From Octopus vulgaris (Eukaryota), in the NCBI GenBank assembly GCA_951406725.2, contig OX597815.1, forward strand, positions 190,340,001-190,404,000: 64,000 nucleotides of DNA, read 5' to 3'. The notes beneath the pieces are model-generated. The model saw nothing but the letters and a program-made list of their open reading frames with translations, was not told the origin of the DNA and searched no databases. The position numbers and the translations under genes were made by a program. Positions 11,542-25,002 of this stretch are shown here, piece after piece; positions within the stretch are counted from its first letter, which is position 1; each line of letters opens with the position of its first letter.

Positions 11542-12366
11542 TTAAAGCTATTTTACTGCAAACACCAAAGTTTTTCAAAATGTTCGTTTTAGTTCAATTC
11601 AAGTTTAATTTAATTCATGACAACGACAACGACGACGACGAGGATGAGGGGGACGAGGAGGATAAGATATGGAGTTACTCAATTACATCAACACCAGTAC
11701 TTGACTGGTACTCTATGCTATTGCCCCCCAGCGGGGATGAAACAACATTAACCTTGGTGGGAACTGAACTCCAAATGGAAGGAGCTTTAACAAATACACA
11801 CAAGGTATTTTTTTCCTACACTCCAATAATTCTACTAGCTTACTGCGGTTTTCTAAATTCAAATTCTACCAGCCGCTTCTTCAAACAGAAGAGGAAGCCA
11901 AAAATCATGTTTGCTTTGTTAAATGTCAGCAAGAAACTCGAAATCAATAGAAATCAATAACCAAAGATAAGTACAATGAACTGTCTGATTTCGGTGCTAT
12001 TAACACTCCTCTTGTTGAAATTCAAATCACTTTTTAGAAATTTAATATCGAAACGTCTGATTATCAATCAGATTTTGGCCTTTGTTTAAAAACACCTGAA
12101 ACTTGGTCAGAAAATTAAGCTATGTATCAGGAATAATTTGGCTAAAGAAATTGCCTCAGGTAGAAAATATTAGGACAAAAGCATCTTATGACTTCAGACA
12201 TGTCTGTTTGGTGTTAAGAAGTTTGCTTCCTTGAAATCAGCTGGTTGTGGGTTCAGTACCACTGGACGACACATTGTGTAAGGGTCTTCACCTACAGCAA
12301 CAGGTCAAACAATTCCTTGTGAGTAAATTTTGTAGGTGGAAACTCTGTGGAATCCATTCTTCTTCT

Positions 12367-12468
<102 letters not shown>

Positions 12469-12506
12469 TATACATACATACATACATATATACATATATA
12501 TATATA

Positions 12507-12732
12507 CAGTTGCGGCCAAAATGTTCAGAACGGCATTGTTTTTGCCAGAAAAGTAGGTATAAGTTTTTATCAAAGTTGTTTTATATTCTATGGGTTTTGC
12601 AGTAAATCACTAAATCATCCATAACTTTTGTATTATCCTCTCAAATTATAGAATATAAAACAACTTTGATAAAAACTTATACCTACTTTTCTGATGAAAA
12701 CAATGCTGTTCTGAACATTTTGGCCGCAACTG
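12507..12732. mobile_element. Tc1-like MITE
   Basis: TA|CAGTTGCGGCCAAAATGTTCAGAAC... TIRs of about 84 bp ...GGCCGCAACTG|TA. Confidence 0.85.
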
Positions 12733-12746
12733 TATATATATATATA

Positions 12747-13001
12747 TAAATAAAATAAAATACAAAATGGGACAAGAACGCAAAACATCCGGACAACTAA
12801 GTAATACAAAAGGGGACAACAAAACATCCAGATAGATGATACACAAAAAAAATACAGACGGGTCATTCGAAGCCTTTCATCTTCAGTCAAGAACCAAATC
12901 ATCTTTGCAATTTCGGCTGACTAATCTTGAGATTGCTCCAATCTGGCCAGCCCCAAGGAAAAACTAAGCTAAGAGCATTAGATTCCTTGGAATCTAATGC
13001 T

Positions 13002-13004
<3 letters not shown>
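12747..13004 (-). mobile_element. Probable Penelope-like end
   Basis: Lies between (TA)n tracts; CTGAAGA..GAAT variant core at 12855-12890; 16-bp hairpin at 12971-13004; tail homolog at about 35898-35980. Confidence 0.5.
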
Positions 13005-13063
<59 letters not shown>

Positions 13064-13087
13064 TATATACATATATATATATATATA

Positions 13088-13694
13088 CAAGTGAGTCCAT
13101 AACCCGTGGCCTTCTACATGGGATGGAGCCGGCCTACGTATGCATACCTTCCCTTCTTGGGACACAAAACTCTACTTGTGAAGACGTGTTGAGGCAAGTG
13201 AGGATCAGAATCGAAATCGATCAATGGAAATTGCGGATGTGCTACCAGTGCCGGTGGCATGTCAAAACTCTGCTTGTGAAGACCCGTTGAGGCAAGTGAG
13301 GATCAGAATCGAAATCGATCAATGGAAATTGCAGATGTGTTACCAGTGCCGGTGGCATGTAAGAGAACTTTCCGTTTCGCGACCGTTGCCAGCACCGCCC
13401 CGTTTCGTGTCCGTTGCCAGCCTCGCCTGGCCCCTCGTGCCGGTGGCACATAAAAAGCACCATCCGTTCGTGGCCGTTTGCCAGCTTTGTCTGGCACCAG
13501 TGCGGGTGGCACGTAAAAAGCACCCACTACACTCACGGAGTGGTTGGCGTTAGGAAGGGCATCCAGCCGTAGAAACACTGCCAGATTTGACTGGGCCTGA
13601 TGAAGCCTTCTGGCTTCACAGACCCCAGTAGAACCGTCCAACCCATGCTAGCATGGAAAACGGACGCTAAACGATGATGATGATGATGATGATG

Positions 13695-13696
<2 letters not shown>
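13088..13696 (+). mobile_element. Family C, longest copy, with internal duplication
   Basis: Duplicated AAAACTCT.CTTGTGAAGAC..GAGGCAAGTGAGGATC block, C body and (GAT)n tail. Confidence 0.85.
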
Positions 13697-13736
<40 letters not shown>

Positions 13737-13850
13737 ATATTTCGGAATGGTCATATTGCCAGTTTAGCCAATAAAAACACACGCACTATATATTTGGTGT
13801 TATTTTGCTTCAGTGATATTTATTTTTTACATTAATCTTAATCTTATTTC

Positions 13851-13895
13851 GGCCAAAGTTCTTTCGTCACACTCCTGTGACCGCATCAGTGGTCC
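13851..13895 (-). ncRNA. Variant hammerhead motif in a PLE-like end (13729-13910)
   Basis: CCA-CTGATGC-G-GTCAC AGGAGT GTGAC-GAAA-GAAC-TT-TGG; 18-bp inverted ends ATATTGTTATATTTCGGA. Confidence 0.5.
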
Positions 13896-13973
13896 GAAAT
13901 ATAACAATATCTGTTTCAACACACGACTTCACATAAAAAATCTTGCACAACAAATATTTAAACGTATATATAT

Positions 13974-14020
<47 letters not shown>

Positions 14021-14149
14021 ATGAAAAGGAACACACGGGTTGATCAAATGACTGAAACCGGTACTGAAATGTTCTTTATAAAATTATTTTAGCATTTTCT
14101 ATCTTGACTTGTTTTTTCATATATATATATATGTGTGTGTGTGTGTATG

Positions 14150-14187
<38 letters not shown>

Positions 14188-14330
14188 CAATTAAGATTCA
14201 CGTGAGTTCTGTTGAATTCACATGAATGCGGTACTTAACTTAGATGCACCAGAAATCTATATGGTGTTAACCATAAGATAATGCGGGGTGATTATAAATA
14301 AGAAAAAAACAACAAGAATGGATCAATATA

Positions 14331-14416
14331 TCGGTACAATTGTTTAGTACGAAGACAGCTTTATTAAGGCTGCAAATATTGCAGTAAATATAAGTGACCC
14401 GTACTCATCAGCCGAA
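14331..14416 (-). ncRNA. Hammerhead motif (GAAA mutated to TAAA)
   Basis: TCGG-CTGATGA-GTACG..CGTAC-TAAA-CAATTG-TA-CCGA. Confidence 0.65.
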
Positions 14417-14642
14417 AAAACATCTGAGTTCTCCAAACATCTAAGGGGTGATGTTACACTCTTGAAACATTGGTGATAGTTCTATAAAAATAAGAATTAG
14501 GTAGCAAATGGACTTATGACTGTGCAACACTAAAAGAACTTTCAGAAGTCCATTTGTTACCTAATTCTTATTTTTATAGAACTATCACCAATGTTTCAAG
14601 AGTGTAACATCACCCCCTTTAGATGTTTGGAGAACTCAGATG

Positions 14643-14730
14643 TTTTTTCTGATGAGTACGGGTCACTTATATTTACTGCAATATTTGCAGCCTTAATAAA
14701 GCTGTCTTCGTCGAAACAATTGTACCGAAA
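14643..14730 (+). ncRNA. Hammerhead motif (stem I 5' strand partly deleted)
   Basis: CTGATGA-GTACG..CGTC-GAAA-CAATTG-TA-CCGAAA. Confidence 0.65.
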
Positions 14731-14758
14731 TATTGATCCATTCTTGTTGCTTTTTTCT

Positions 14759-14799
<41 letters not shown>

Positions 14800-14802
14800 A
14801 AT

Positions 14803-15057
14803 CAGATCAAATGGAAATTGTAATTGTGAATCCCCCGTGCTGGTAGCATGTAAAAATCACCATCCAAACGTGGTTGATACCAGCTCCTCTGGCGCCTGTG
14901 TTGGTGGCACATAAAAAGCACCTACTACACTCTTGGAGTGGTTGGCGTTAGGAAGGGCATCCAGCTGTAGAAACACTGCCTGATCAGCTTCCCAGACCCC
15001 AGTCGAATCATCCAACCCATGCCAGCATGGAAAACGGATGTTAAACGATGATGATGA
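14803..15057 (+). mobile_element. Family C
   Basis: C body and (GAT)n tail. Confidence 0.8.
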
Positions 15058-15080
15058 TATATATATATATATATATATAT

Positions 15081-15114
<34 letters not shown>

Positions 15115-15189
15115 AATAGAGCAATAATTAACAATGAGAAGCTGATCATTGATAGATATTAAAAAGTCATAGTTTAATTGTGGTTCAGA

Positions 15190-15272
15190 ACCATTTACAG
15201 CTGTTTCTGCTTATCAAATCGAGTTAAATTTGCATTTATCTTGTTCAATTTAGCAAACATCGTCAGAATGAT
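15190..15272 (-). ncRNA. Type-I hammerhead motif with canonical core
   Basis: ATCATT-CTGACGA-TGTTTG..TAAGCA-GAAA-CAGCTG-TA-AATGGT. Confidence 0.75.
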
Positions 15273-15465
15273 TTAGAGGAATATAAATAGAAGAAAAATG
15301 AAAAGAAAGGAAAAGGGAAAAGTTTGTTAAGTCTTTAGGCTCACAGTTTAGTGACTTTTTGGGTTCCACGTGTGTGTATGTTTCCTCAGTTACATGAATG
15401 GAGCAGTAAGTGGGGAAAATGACTAGTTGACCAACAGTGTTAGTCGAAGGAGTTACATATATATA

Positions 15466-15590
15466 CAGGGTGTCCACAAAGTCTAGGTACATGAGGATTA
15501 ACACATACTTTAAGAAATTATTATTTCTTATATTTAATTCTTTATGTTATGATTTTATTTACTCCATGTACCCAAGACTTTGTGGATACC

Positions 15591-15593
<3 letters not shown>
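15466..15593. mobile_element. Tc1/mariner-type MITE
   Basis: TA|CAGGGTGTCCACAAAGTCT..GTACATG / CATGTAC..AGACTTTGTGGATACCCTG|TA. Confidence 0.85.
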
Positions 15594-15630
<37 letters not shown>

Positions 15631-15766
15631 ACACATTTACATACACGCATTCATACATACACATATATACATACATATATATATACACATATATATATAT
15701 ACATACACATGCATTTATATATACATGTACACACACACACACACACACACACGTATATACACAGTT

Positions 15767-15940
15767 AGTTAATCCAAACAAGAAAGCACAAAAAAACACA
15801 ACAACGCAAGGACGTGGAACAAATATAGTATTATTGGATGCTCAGGAAAGAAGGAAAGAAGGAGGGTTTAACGTTTCGAGCGGAGCTCTTCGTCGGAAAC
15901 ATAGGAGAAAGAAAGATCCAGAGAAGGGAAGACAGAGGAA
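15767..15940 (-). mobile_element. Penelope-like end with minimal HHR at 15866-15900
   Basis: GTTT-CCGACGA-A-GAGC TCC GCTC-GAAA-CG-TT-AAAC; second copy at 41446-41645. Confidence 0.7.
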
Positions 15941-16629
15941 TATATATATATACACACACTATTTTTCCACCTTGTTTCACATTTATGTACTTAGTCTGGT
16001 ATATACAAACATATACATACACATACATACTCACACATACACACACACACACACACACTTATATGCACACACATGTACACACACACATACACACACAATG
16101 AGTCTCTACTCAGTCTCTACTTTCCAGATTTCCAAATTGTTAAATGATGATGATGATGAGGATAAGATATGGGGTTAGTCAATAATGTCAACACCAATTT
16201 TTGACTGGTACTCTATGCAAGGCATTGGTCAGCCAAATGTGGCCATGGTGCCATGCAATAGGACTGAAACCCCAAAAGCAAGTAGCTGCAAGCTGAGCTT
16301 CTTAACCACACAGCCACACCTGCACCAATGTACAGAAGATTTAGAAGAACACCTGATGCTATTTCTAGCAGCTTAAGTGACCATGTAGACATTCCCCATC
16401 AATGATATTGCAAAGGTCAGAATCTGAATACGTCAATGCTGTGCACTGGATATAGCTAGGAGTGGGGCAGCAGTCTGTCCCAGGCGGCACTTTTAAAGGG
16501 GTGGCACTTTTGGGTCTGCTGTAGGTAATACATGTTTTTTGTGAGGTCCAGGGGCAGTAAATGGAAGGGCCACCTTGAGCTAATTCTCTCTCTCTCTCTC
16601 TTACTGTCTGTCTGTCTCTATCTCTCTTA

Positions 16630-16830
<201 letters not shown>

Positions 16831-16906
16831 TGAAATGTATATATATCCCCAGTTCTGAAAAAATCGATAAATTCGACATATCGACAATATACTCACCTTT
16901 TTAAAT

Positions 16907-16943
<37 letters not shown>

Positions 16944-16954
16944 TATATATATAC

Positions 16955-17200
16955 AGGGACATGGCCAAGTTGTTTAGGCATGTTTCATTCACAGTTGTGA
17001 GATTAGGGTTTCAATTCCCAGATTGACTGCACATTGTGTTCTTGAGCAAGGCACTCCATTTCACATTACTCCAGTCCACTCGGCAACAGGCTACCCTTCC
17101 AATAATGTCACTTCTCTAGTCAGTGTGGAAGCATCATTAAAAAGGTAAAGCGATGCAAAGCACACAGTGACCAACGATGTATAACAACATCCAATGTGGT
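16955..17200 (+). mobile_element. Old E-related tRNA SINE
   Basis: GGTTTCAATTCCCAGA B box, CTTGAGCAAGGCACT, and a GTGACCAACGATGTATAACAACATC tail shared with family E. Confidence 0.6.
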
Positions 17201-17704
17201 ATATATATATATATATATATAGAGTGTGATGGGTAAATTGTCACCATTTTATACTTTTAATTTCATGCATGCACATGAACTGAGTGAGTTTTTGAGAATC
17301 AGACTTAGTGATCTGAAGCTGGCAAAGATAACAAAAAGTTAAATAGATAAAAATAAAGATTGTATTTATCTTCCGTTTTGTCATTTGCTAGGAGACTGCC
17401 ATTTGAAATCTTGCTTTCCAAATATAGAATTCACTTTAGGGATTCATGTGTTTCTTATGGCGAGAAATGGCTATTATAGCTATACACGTTTATTACGGGC
17501 TTAAGCAGATTGAACAGTTTTGGTTGAATGAACATGAACTTCCATGGGAATTAGATATTTCCTGCATCTTAAACAAGTCTGCTCATGCAAAATGTGAAAA
17601 TTATAATCTTACCGAAATGTCTGGTTGCAGTTAATGTTTCTCTTCTAAGTTTCCATACTAATTAATTTAATTATTATGAACATATATTTTGGATACACAC
17701 TTTC

Positions 17705-17746
<42 letters not shown>

Positions 17747-17780
17747 ATGGAACAAAAATGCAATAGAGGACATTAAAATG

Positions 17781-17815
<35 letters not shown>

Positions 17816-18036
17816 TACAAACACACACACATACAAACACACACACACATACAAGCAAACATATACACACACATTCTTCTGTTTTTTCTCTCTCCTCACA
17901 CATCCTTTCTGTATAACAGCATACACCTGATACATGAAAGACTTCTTCCAATTTTCCGGTTCATCAAATCAATACACTTTGTTTTTACCTCATCTTTGTG
18001 GGATTTTTTCATTTTTGAACCACATATATATATATT

Positions 18037-18425
18037 TGGTAAGTAGCTTGTTTACCAACCACATGGTTCCGGGTTCAATCCCACTGCGTGGCACCTTGGG
18101 CAAGTGTCTTCTACTATAGCCTCGGGCCGACCAAAGCCTTGTGAGTGGATTTGTTAGACGGAAACTTAAAAAAGCCTGTCGTATATATGTATATATATAT
18201 ATGTGTGTGTGCTTGTATGTTTGTGTGTCTGTGTTTGTCCCCCTAGCATTGCTTGACAACCGATGCTGGTGTGTTTATGTCCCTGTCACTTAGCTGTTTG
18301 GCAAAAGAGACCGATAGAATAAGTACTGGGCTTACAAAGAATAAGTCCCGGGGTCGAGTTGCTCGATTAAAGGCGGTGCTCCAGCATGGCCGCAGTCAAA
18401 ATGACTGAAACAAGTAAAAAGAAAA
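18037..18425 (+). mobile_element. SINE family A
   Basis: Match to 198-600. Confidence 0.9.
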
Positions 18426-18600
18426 AAATATATATGTGTGTGTGTGTGTGTGTGTATACAGGTGAGTGTGTTACATAATAAGGCACAAAAAGAAAATGTC
18501 TCTCCCCAGACACAACAGAATATGCTTCAACACATGAACTCATATAAAGATTCTTGCAAACCAAATCCGAAAACGAAATATATATATATATGTTGATGAA

Positions 18601-18815
18601 TGCCAGTACTCATTGACTGGCCCTCATGCCAGTGGCAAGTAAAAGCACCCACAACATTCTCGGAGTGGTTGGCGTTAGGAAGGGCATCCAGCTGTAGAAA
18701 TCTTGCCAGATCAGATTAGAGCCTAGTGCAGCCTTCTGGCTCACCAGCCCTCAGTCAAACCGTCCAACCCATGCTAGCATGGAAAACGGATGTTAAAAGA
18801 TGATGATGATGATGA
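18601..18815 (+). mobile_element. Family C
   Basis: C body and (GAT)n tail. Confidence 0.85.
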
Positions 18816-19280
18816 TTTCAAGAATTACTTTTCTTGCACCACATGCAATGAACTTAACTTTCAAATAATCAAAATGGAATTCTCAAACAAATGTTGAAAG
18901 CACAGCATTACTAGCTAAGCTAGAGTGTGTGCTGCTCAAGGTGACCCTTCCATTTGCTGCCCCTGGACTCCACAAAAAACACATATTACCTACAGCAGAC
19001 CCAAAAGTGCCACCCTTTTAAAAGTGCCGCCCGGGACAGACTGCTACCCCCACACAGCTATGCTAGTGCACAGCATTGACATATTCAGATTCTGACCTTT
19101 GCAATATCAATGATGGGGAATGTCTGCATGGTCACTTAAGCTGCTAGAAATAGCATCAAAATCTCTCAGATCACTCAGAGCTTTCTGAAACATTCATTAG
19201 ACCAGTGGTTCCCAACCTTTTTTTTTTAACTATAGATCCTCATAAACATTCAACGTTTAAAAAAACTCCTATTATTATTA

Positions 19281-19612
19281 TCATCACCATCATCACCATC
19301 ATCATCATAATTTAATGTCCATTGTCCATACTGGCATGGGTTGGGCGGTTTGACCAGGGCTGGTAAAATGGAAGGCTGCACCGGACTCCAGTCTGTTTTG
19401 GCATGGTTTCTACAGCTGGATTGACCTTCCTAACACCAACCACTCCAAGACTGTAATGGGTGCTTTTACGTGCCCCCAGCAAAGGTGCCATTTGCGTGAC
19501 ACCAGTATCTGCCATGACTGTGGTTTTGCTCGGCTTGATAAGTCTTCTTCTCGAGCAACGCCAAAGGTCTTAGTCATTGCTTCTGTGAGGCCCAACACTC
19601 AAAAGGAACTCA
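19281..19612 (-). mobile_element. Family C variant
   Basis: (CAT)n followed by CCTTCCTAACACCAACCACTCC. Confidence 0.75.
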
Positions 19613-19930
19613 CACACACACACATTTAATCTATCTCTCGTGTAAGTCACTATATCGATCATTATTGCCCGTCAACCAGACAAGCAATGAAAGACGGCTA
19701 AAATTCACAGACCACTGTTTTCGTCGAATGGATCGACTCGTCACAGCGCTTGTTTACCTCAAGACTAGTGGTTAGGCCTGCGTGACAGATGCTCATGAAC
19801 TCATGCAGGACACAGGACCGTGCACAGTCTCAGAGTTAGCTTGCGCAATGTCATCTTGCACAGCCTGGAGGGCAATTTACTCTCGAGTTGGAGTCAACGT
19901 CAACAAGTAATGTGCCATAGACTAGGAAGA

Positions 19931-19961
<31 letters not shown>

Positions 19962-19964
19962 ATA

Positions 19965-20172
19965 TGGCAGAATCATTAGCACGCCTGGCGAAATGCGTAG
20001 CCATATTTCGTCAGCCGTTACATTCTGAGTTCAAATTCTGCCGAGGTCGACTTTGTCTTTCATCCTTTCGGGGTCGATAAATAAAGTACCAGTTAAGCAC
20101 TGGGGTCGATGTAATCGACTTCATCCCTTTGTTTGTCTCCTCTATGTTTAGCCCCTTGTGGGCAATAAAGAA
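19965..20172 (+). mobile_element. SINE family B
   Basis: B head, core and B1 tail. Confidence 0.9.
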
Positions 20173-20198
20173 AGAAATATATATATATACTTTTTTTT

Positions 20199-20565
20199 TA
20201 CTCTTTTACTTGTTTTAGTCATTTGACTGTGGCCATGCTGGAGCACCGCCTTTAGTCGAGCAAATCGACCCCAGGACATATTCTTTGGAAGCCTAGTACT
20301 TATTCTATCGGGCCCTTTTGTCGAACCGCTAATTTACGGGGACGTAAACACACCAGCATCGGTTGTCAAGCGATGTTGAGGGGACAAACACAGACACACA
20401 AACATACACACACACATAGATATAGTTATACATTTATACGACAGGCTTCTTTCAGTTTCCGTCTACCAAATCCACTCACAAGGCTTTGGTCGACCCGAGG
20501 CTATAGTAGGACTGAACCCAGAACCATGTGGTTCATAAGCAAGCTACTTATCACACAGCCACTCC
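20199..20565 (-). mobile_element. SINE family A (internal deletion)
   Basis: Reverse-complement match. Confidence 0.9.
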
Positions 20566-20611
20566 ATATATAAATGTGTGTGTTATTATTGCTGACAGGT
20601 AAGCATGCATA

Positions 20612-21093
20612 TATACATACATCCATACATACATACATCCATACATACATACATACATACATACATACATACATACATACATACATACATACATACATAC
20701 ATACATACATACATACATACATACATACGTACATACATACGTACATACATACGTACATACATACGTACATACATACATACATACATACATAGATACATAC
20801 ATACGTACATAAATGCATGCATACATACATACTTATATACATACATACATACACACATACATACATACATACATACATACATACATACATACATACATAC
20901 ATACATACATACATACATACGTACATACATACGTACATACATACGTACATACATACGTACATACATACATACATACATACATACATACATACATACGTAC
21001 ATACATGCATGCATACATACATACTTATATACATACATACATACACACATACATACATACATACATACATACAAACGTACATACATACATACA
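20612..21093. repeat. (TACA)n array with a higher-order duplication
   Basis: The variant block ATGCATGCATACATACATACTTATATAC occurs twice, about 190 bp apart. Confidence 0.95.
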
Positions 21094-21900
21094 TAAGCGT
21101 GTGCACATACACACACACATATGTACATATATTAGTTAATAACATTTAATCATTTGTTTTATTTTGGAAATTGCGAATGTCATTTCTTTATAAAATAGAT
21201 TTTTATTACACACAGGCGAGGCATATTCCGCGCCTGCGCGTGCGTGTGTATGTTTTATTAGCAAAGAAATTGCTTCTGACACCTAGGGCTTAGAATGTCA
21301 GTTTTCTTCATAAAACCATGAGATACTAACTATCAGAAACAGTAATTTAATGATTCGAGCTGTGGAGCCGGATTTGTATACTTTAATCGGCAGAACATCC
21401 GATTATTTTTATAGACTCATTAAAGTGGAGGTATTCACCTTGCAGGTGTTTCGTTACGCAAGGAAAAGGGCGCAAGGGAGATAACTTGAAAACAATTTGC
21501 AAACCTTTTCAAGTGAGTGCTCGCTAAATCGTTTTTGAGAGGAAATATTCAAAAGGATAAAATATAAAAGAAATGAGAAAAAAACGAATGGAAGAATAAC
21601 AATTTTTCAACGGAATCAAATTTAGAAAGTAAAACTGGAGAAGTAATGAAAGAAGATGAAACAAAACATCTTGAAGATTTAAGATACACACACGCACTCA
21701 AATGTGTGTGTGTGTGCGTGCGTTCGTGTGTGTGTGTGTGTGTGTGTGTGTCTGTGTGTGTGTGTGTGCGTGTGTGTGTGTGTGTGCGTGCGTTCGTGTG
21801 TGTGTATGTGTGTGTGTGTTTTCTGCAATAATTTGAGAAGCGGTGACGAGTGACAATTTCTGTGAATAATAGTATTTTATAAGCTTAACAATAATGATAA

Positions 21901-22124
21901 TCTTTTTCTACTCTAGGCACAAGGCCAGAAATTTTGCGGGGGAGGATGGGGGGGGGGCCAGTCGATTAGATCAACTCCACTACGCAACTGGTAATTAATT
22001 TATTTATCGACCTCGAAAGGATGAAAGGTAAATGCGACCTCGGCGGAATTTGAACCCAGAACGTAAAGACAGACGAAATATTTCGAAGCATTTCGTCCGG
22101 CGAGCTAACGTTTCTGCCAGCCTC
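21901..22124 (-). mobile_element. SINE family B (B2 tail)
   Basis: CTACTCTAGGCACAAGGCC tail plus B core and head. Confidence 0.85.
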
Positions 22125-22156
22125 GCAGTAGTAGTAGTATTAGTAGTAGTAGAAAT

Positions 22157-22157
22157 G

Positions 22158-22199
<42 letters not shown>

Positions 22200-22244
22200 T
22201 TAATAATAATAATGATGATGATGATGATGATAATAATGATGATG

Positions 22245-22277
<33 letters not shown>

Positions 22278-22288
22278 TTAATAATAAT

Positions 22289-22347
<59 letters not shown>
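22157..22347. repeat. (AAT)n/(GAT)n microsatellite
   Basis: Direct reading. Confidence 0.95.
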
Positions 22348-22484
22348 GCTTATAAAATATTATTTACTGAATATATATGTCCGTGTGTGTATACACACCC
22401 GAGTATATATATATATTCTGTGTCCATGGGAATATGAATGCGTGTGTGTGCGTTACGATGTGTCAAAAAGTTTCGTCTTATTTC

Positions 22485-22815
22485 CCAGCCCTAGTTCCAG
22501 GTTCAATCCCACTGCACGGTACCTTGGGCGAGAATCTTCTACTATAAGCCCAGGTATTCTGCTAAAGCCCAAAGCTTTGTGAAGGGATTTGGTTGACGGA
22601 AACTGAAAGAAGCCCGTCGTATGTGTTTGTGACTGTGTTTGTCTTTCTCTCTCTCCACCACTTGAAAATGGGGGTTGACGCGTTTACGTCACCGTAACTT
22701 AGCGGTTCAGAGACCGATAGAATAAGTACCGGGGTCGATTCGTTTGGCTGAGATTCTTCAAGGCGGTGCTCCATTATGGCCGGAATCTAATGACTGAATG
22801 AAGGAAGAGATAAAA
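22485..22815 (+). mobile_element. Diverged SINE A
   Basis: GGTTCAATCCCACTGC..GACGGAAACTGAAAGAAGCCC..AATGACTGAA. Confidence 0.75.
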
Positions 22816-22816
22816 A

Positions 22817-24002
<1,186 letters not shown>

Positions 24003-24003
<1 letters not shown>

Positions 24004-24570
24004 GGGGCCGATAAATTAAGTACCAGTTACGCACTGGGGTCGATATAATCGACTGGCCCCCTTCCTCCCCACAAAATTTCTGGCCTTGTGCCTAGAGTAG
24101 AAAAGATTACCATTATTGTTAAGCTTATAAAATATTATTATTCACAAAAATTGTCACTCGTCACCGCTTCTCAAATTATCGCAGTTGGTATTTATTTCAT
24201 CGACCCCGAAAGGACGAAAACAAAGTCGAGCTCGAAAGGATGAAAGGTGAAGTCGACCTTGGCGGTATTTGAACTCAGAACATAGAGACGGACGAAATTG
24301 CTGTTAAGCATTTTGTCCCGCGTGCTCACGATGCTGCCAGCTTGCCGCCTTACAAAAGACTATTATAATAAGAATTTCAAATATTGACACAAAGCCAGCA
24401 GTTTCGATGGACGGGATAAGTCGGTTACATCGACGCCGGTGCTCAACTGGTAACTAATTTGATCGACACAAAAAGGGTGAACGGCGAAGTCGACCTCGGT
24501 GGAATTTGAACTCAGAACACAAAGTCAGACGGAATGCTGCTAAGCTAACGATTCTGCCAGCTCGTCACTT
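24003..24570. mobile_element. Cluster of SINE B fragments
   Basis: Plus-strand fragment at 24003-24105; minus-strand copies at about 24185-24352 and 24375-24570. Confidence 0.75.
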
Positions 24571-24585
24571 TAATAGTGTCTATAA

Positions 24586-24786
24586 CAGTGGTTTTCAACC
24601 AGGGTTCCGCCAGTACAGTCCTGGGGTCCCGCAAGAAGTTACAAAAATGCTAAAATCGACTGTAATTTTTAATTCTCCTGTGCAGATATGTGTGCATAAG
24701 ACAATTAAATTATTGCACAGGGGTTCCTCGAGCCAGTGGAATGTTTCCTTGGGGTTCCACTCTAGCAAAAAGGTTGAAAAGCACTG
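24586..24786. mobile_element. hAT (Charlie-like) MITE
   Basis: TIR CAGTGGTTTTCAACC/GGTTGAAAAGCACTG with a perfect 8-bp TSD GTCTATAA. Confidence 0.92.
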
Positions 24787-25002
24787 GTCTATAATAATCC
24801 TTTCTACTATAGGCACAATGCCTGAAATTTTGGGGGAAGGGGGCTAGTCGATTACATCGACCCCAGTGTCTATAATAATGATCCTCAAACTAAAAGCGAG
24901 AAATCACTGCTTCATTTTTTTGTAGCTCAAGGAGTCTCTACCTGAAAATAAAACCTGCTAGAAATAGCAGCAAAACTACCTGTAAATCAAAATAATCGTC
25001 TT

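Larger units (their letters stand above)
14299..14760. mobile_element. Inverted pair of Penelope-like ends
   Basis: Arms of about 220 bp at 14299-14519 and 14542-14760, each with an HHR motif pointing outward; abuts (TA)n. Confidence 0.8.

Noticed and set aside
14040-14070. GAAA-CCGG-TA hammerhead half; similar weak motifs at 16854, 17905, 35735 and 46300
   Set aside because: CUGANGA or stem II is missing or too degenerate to call.
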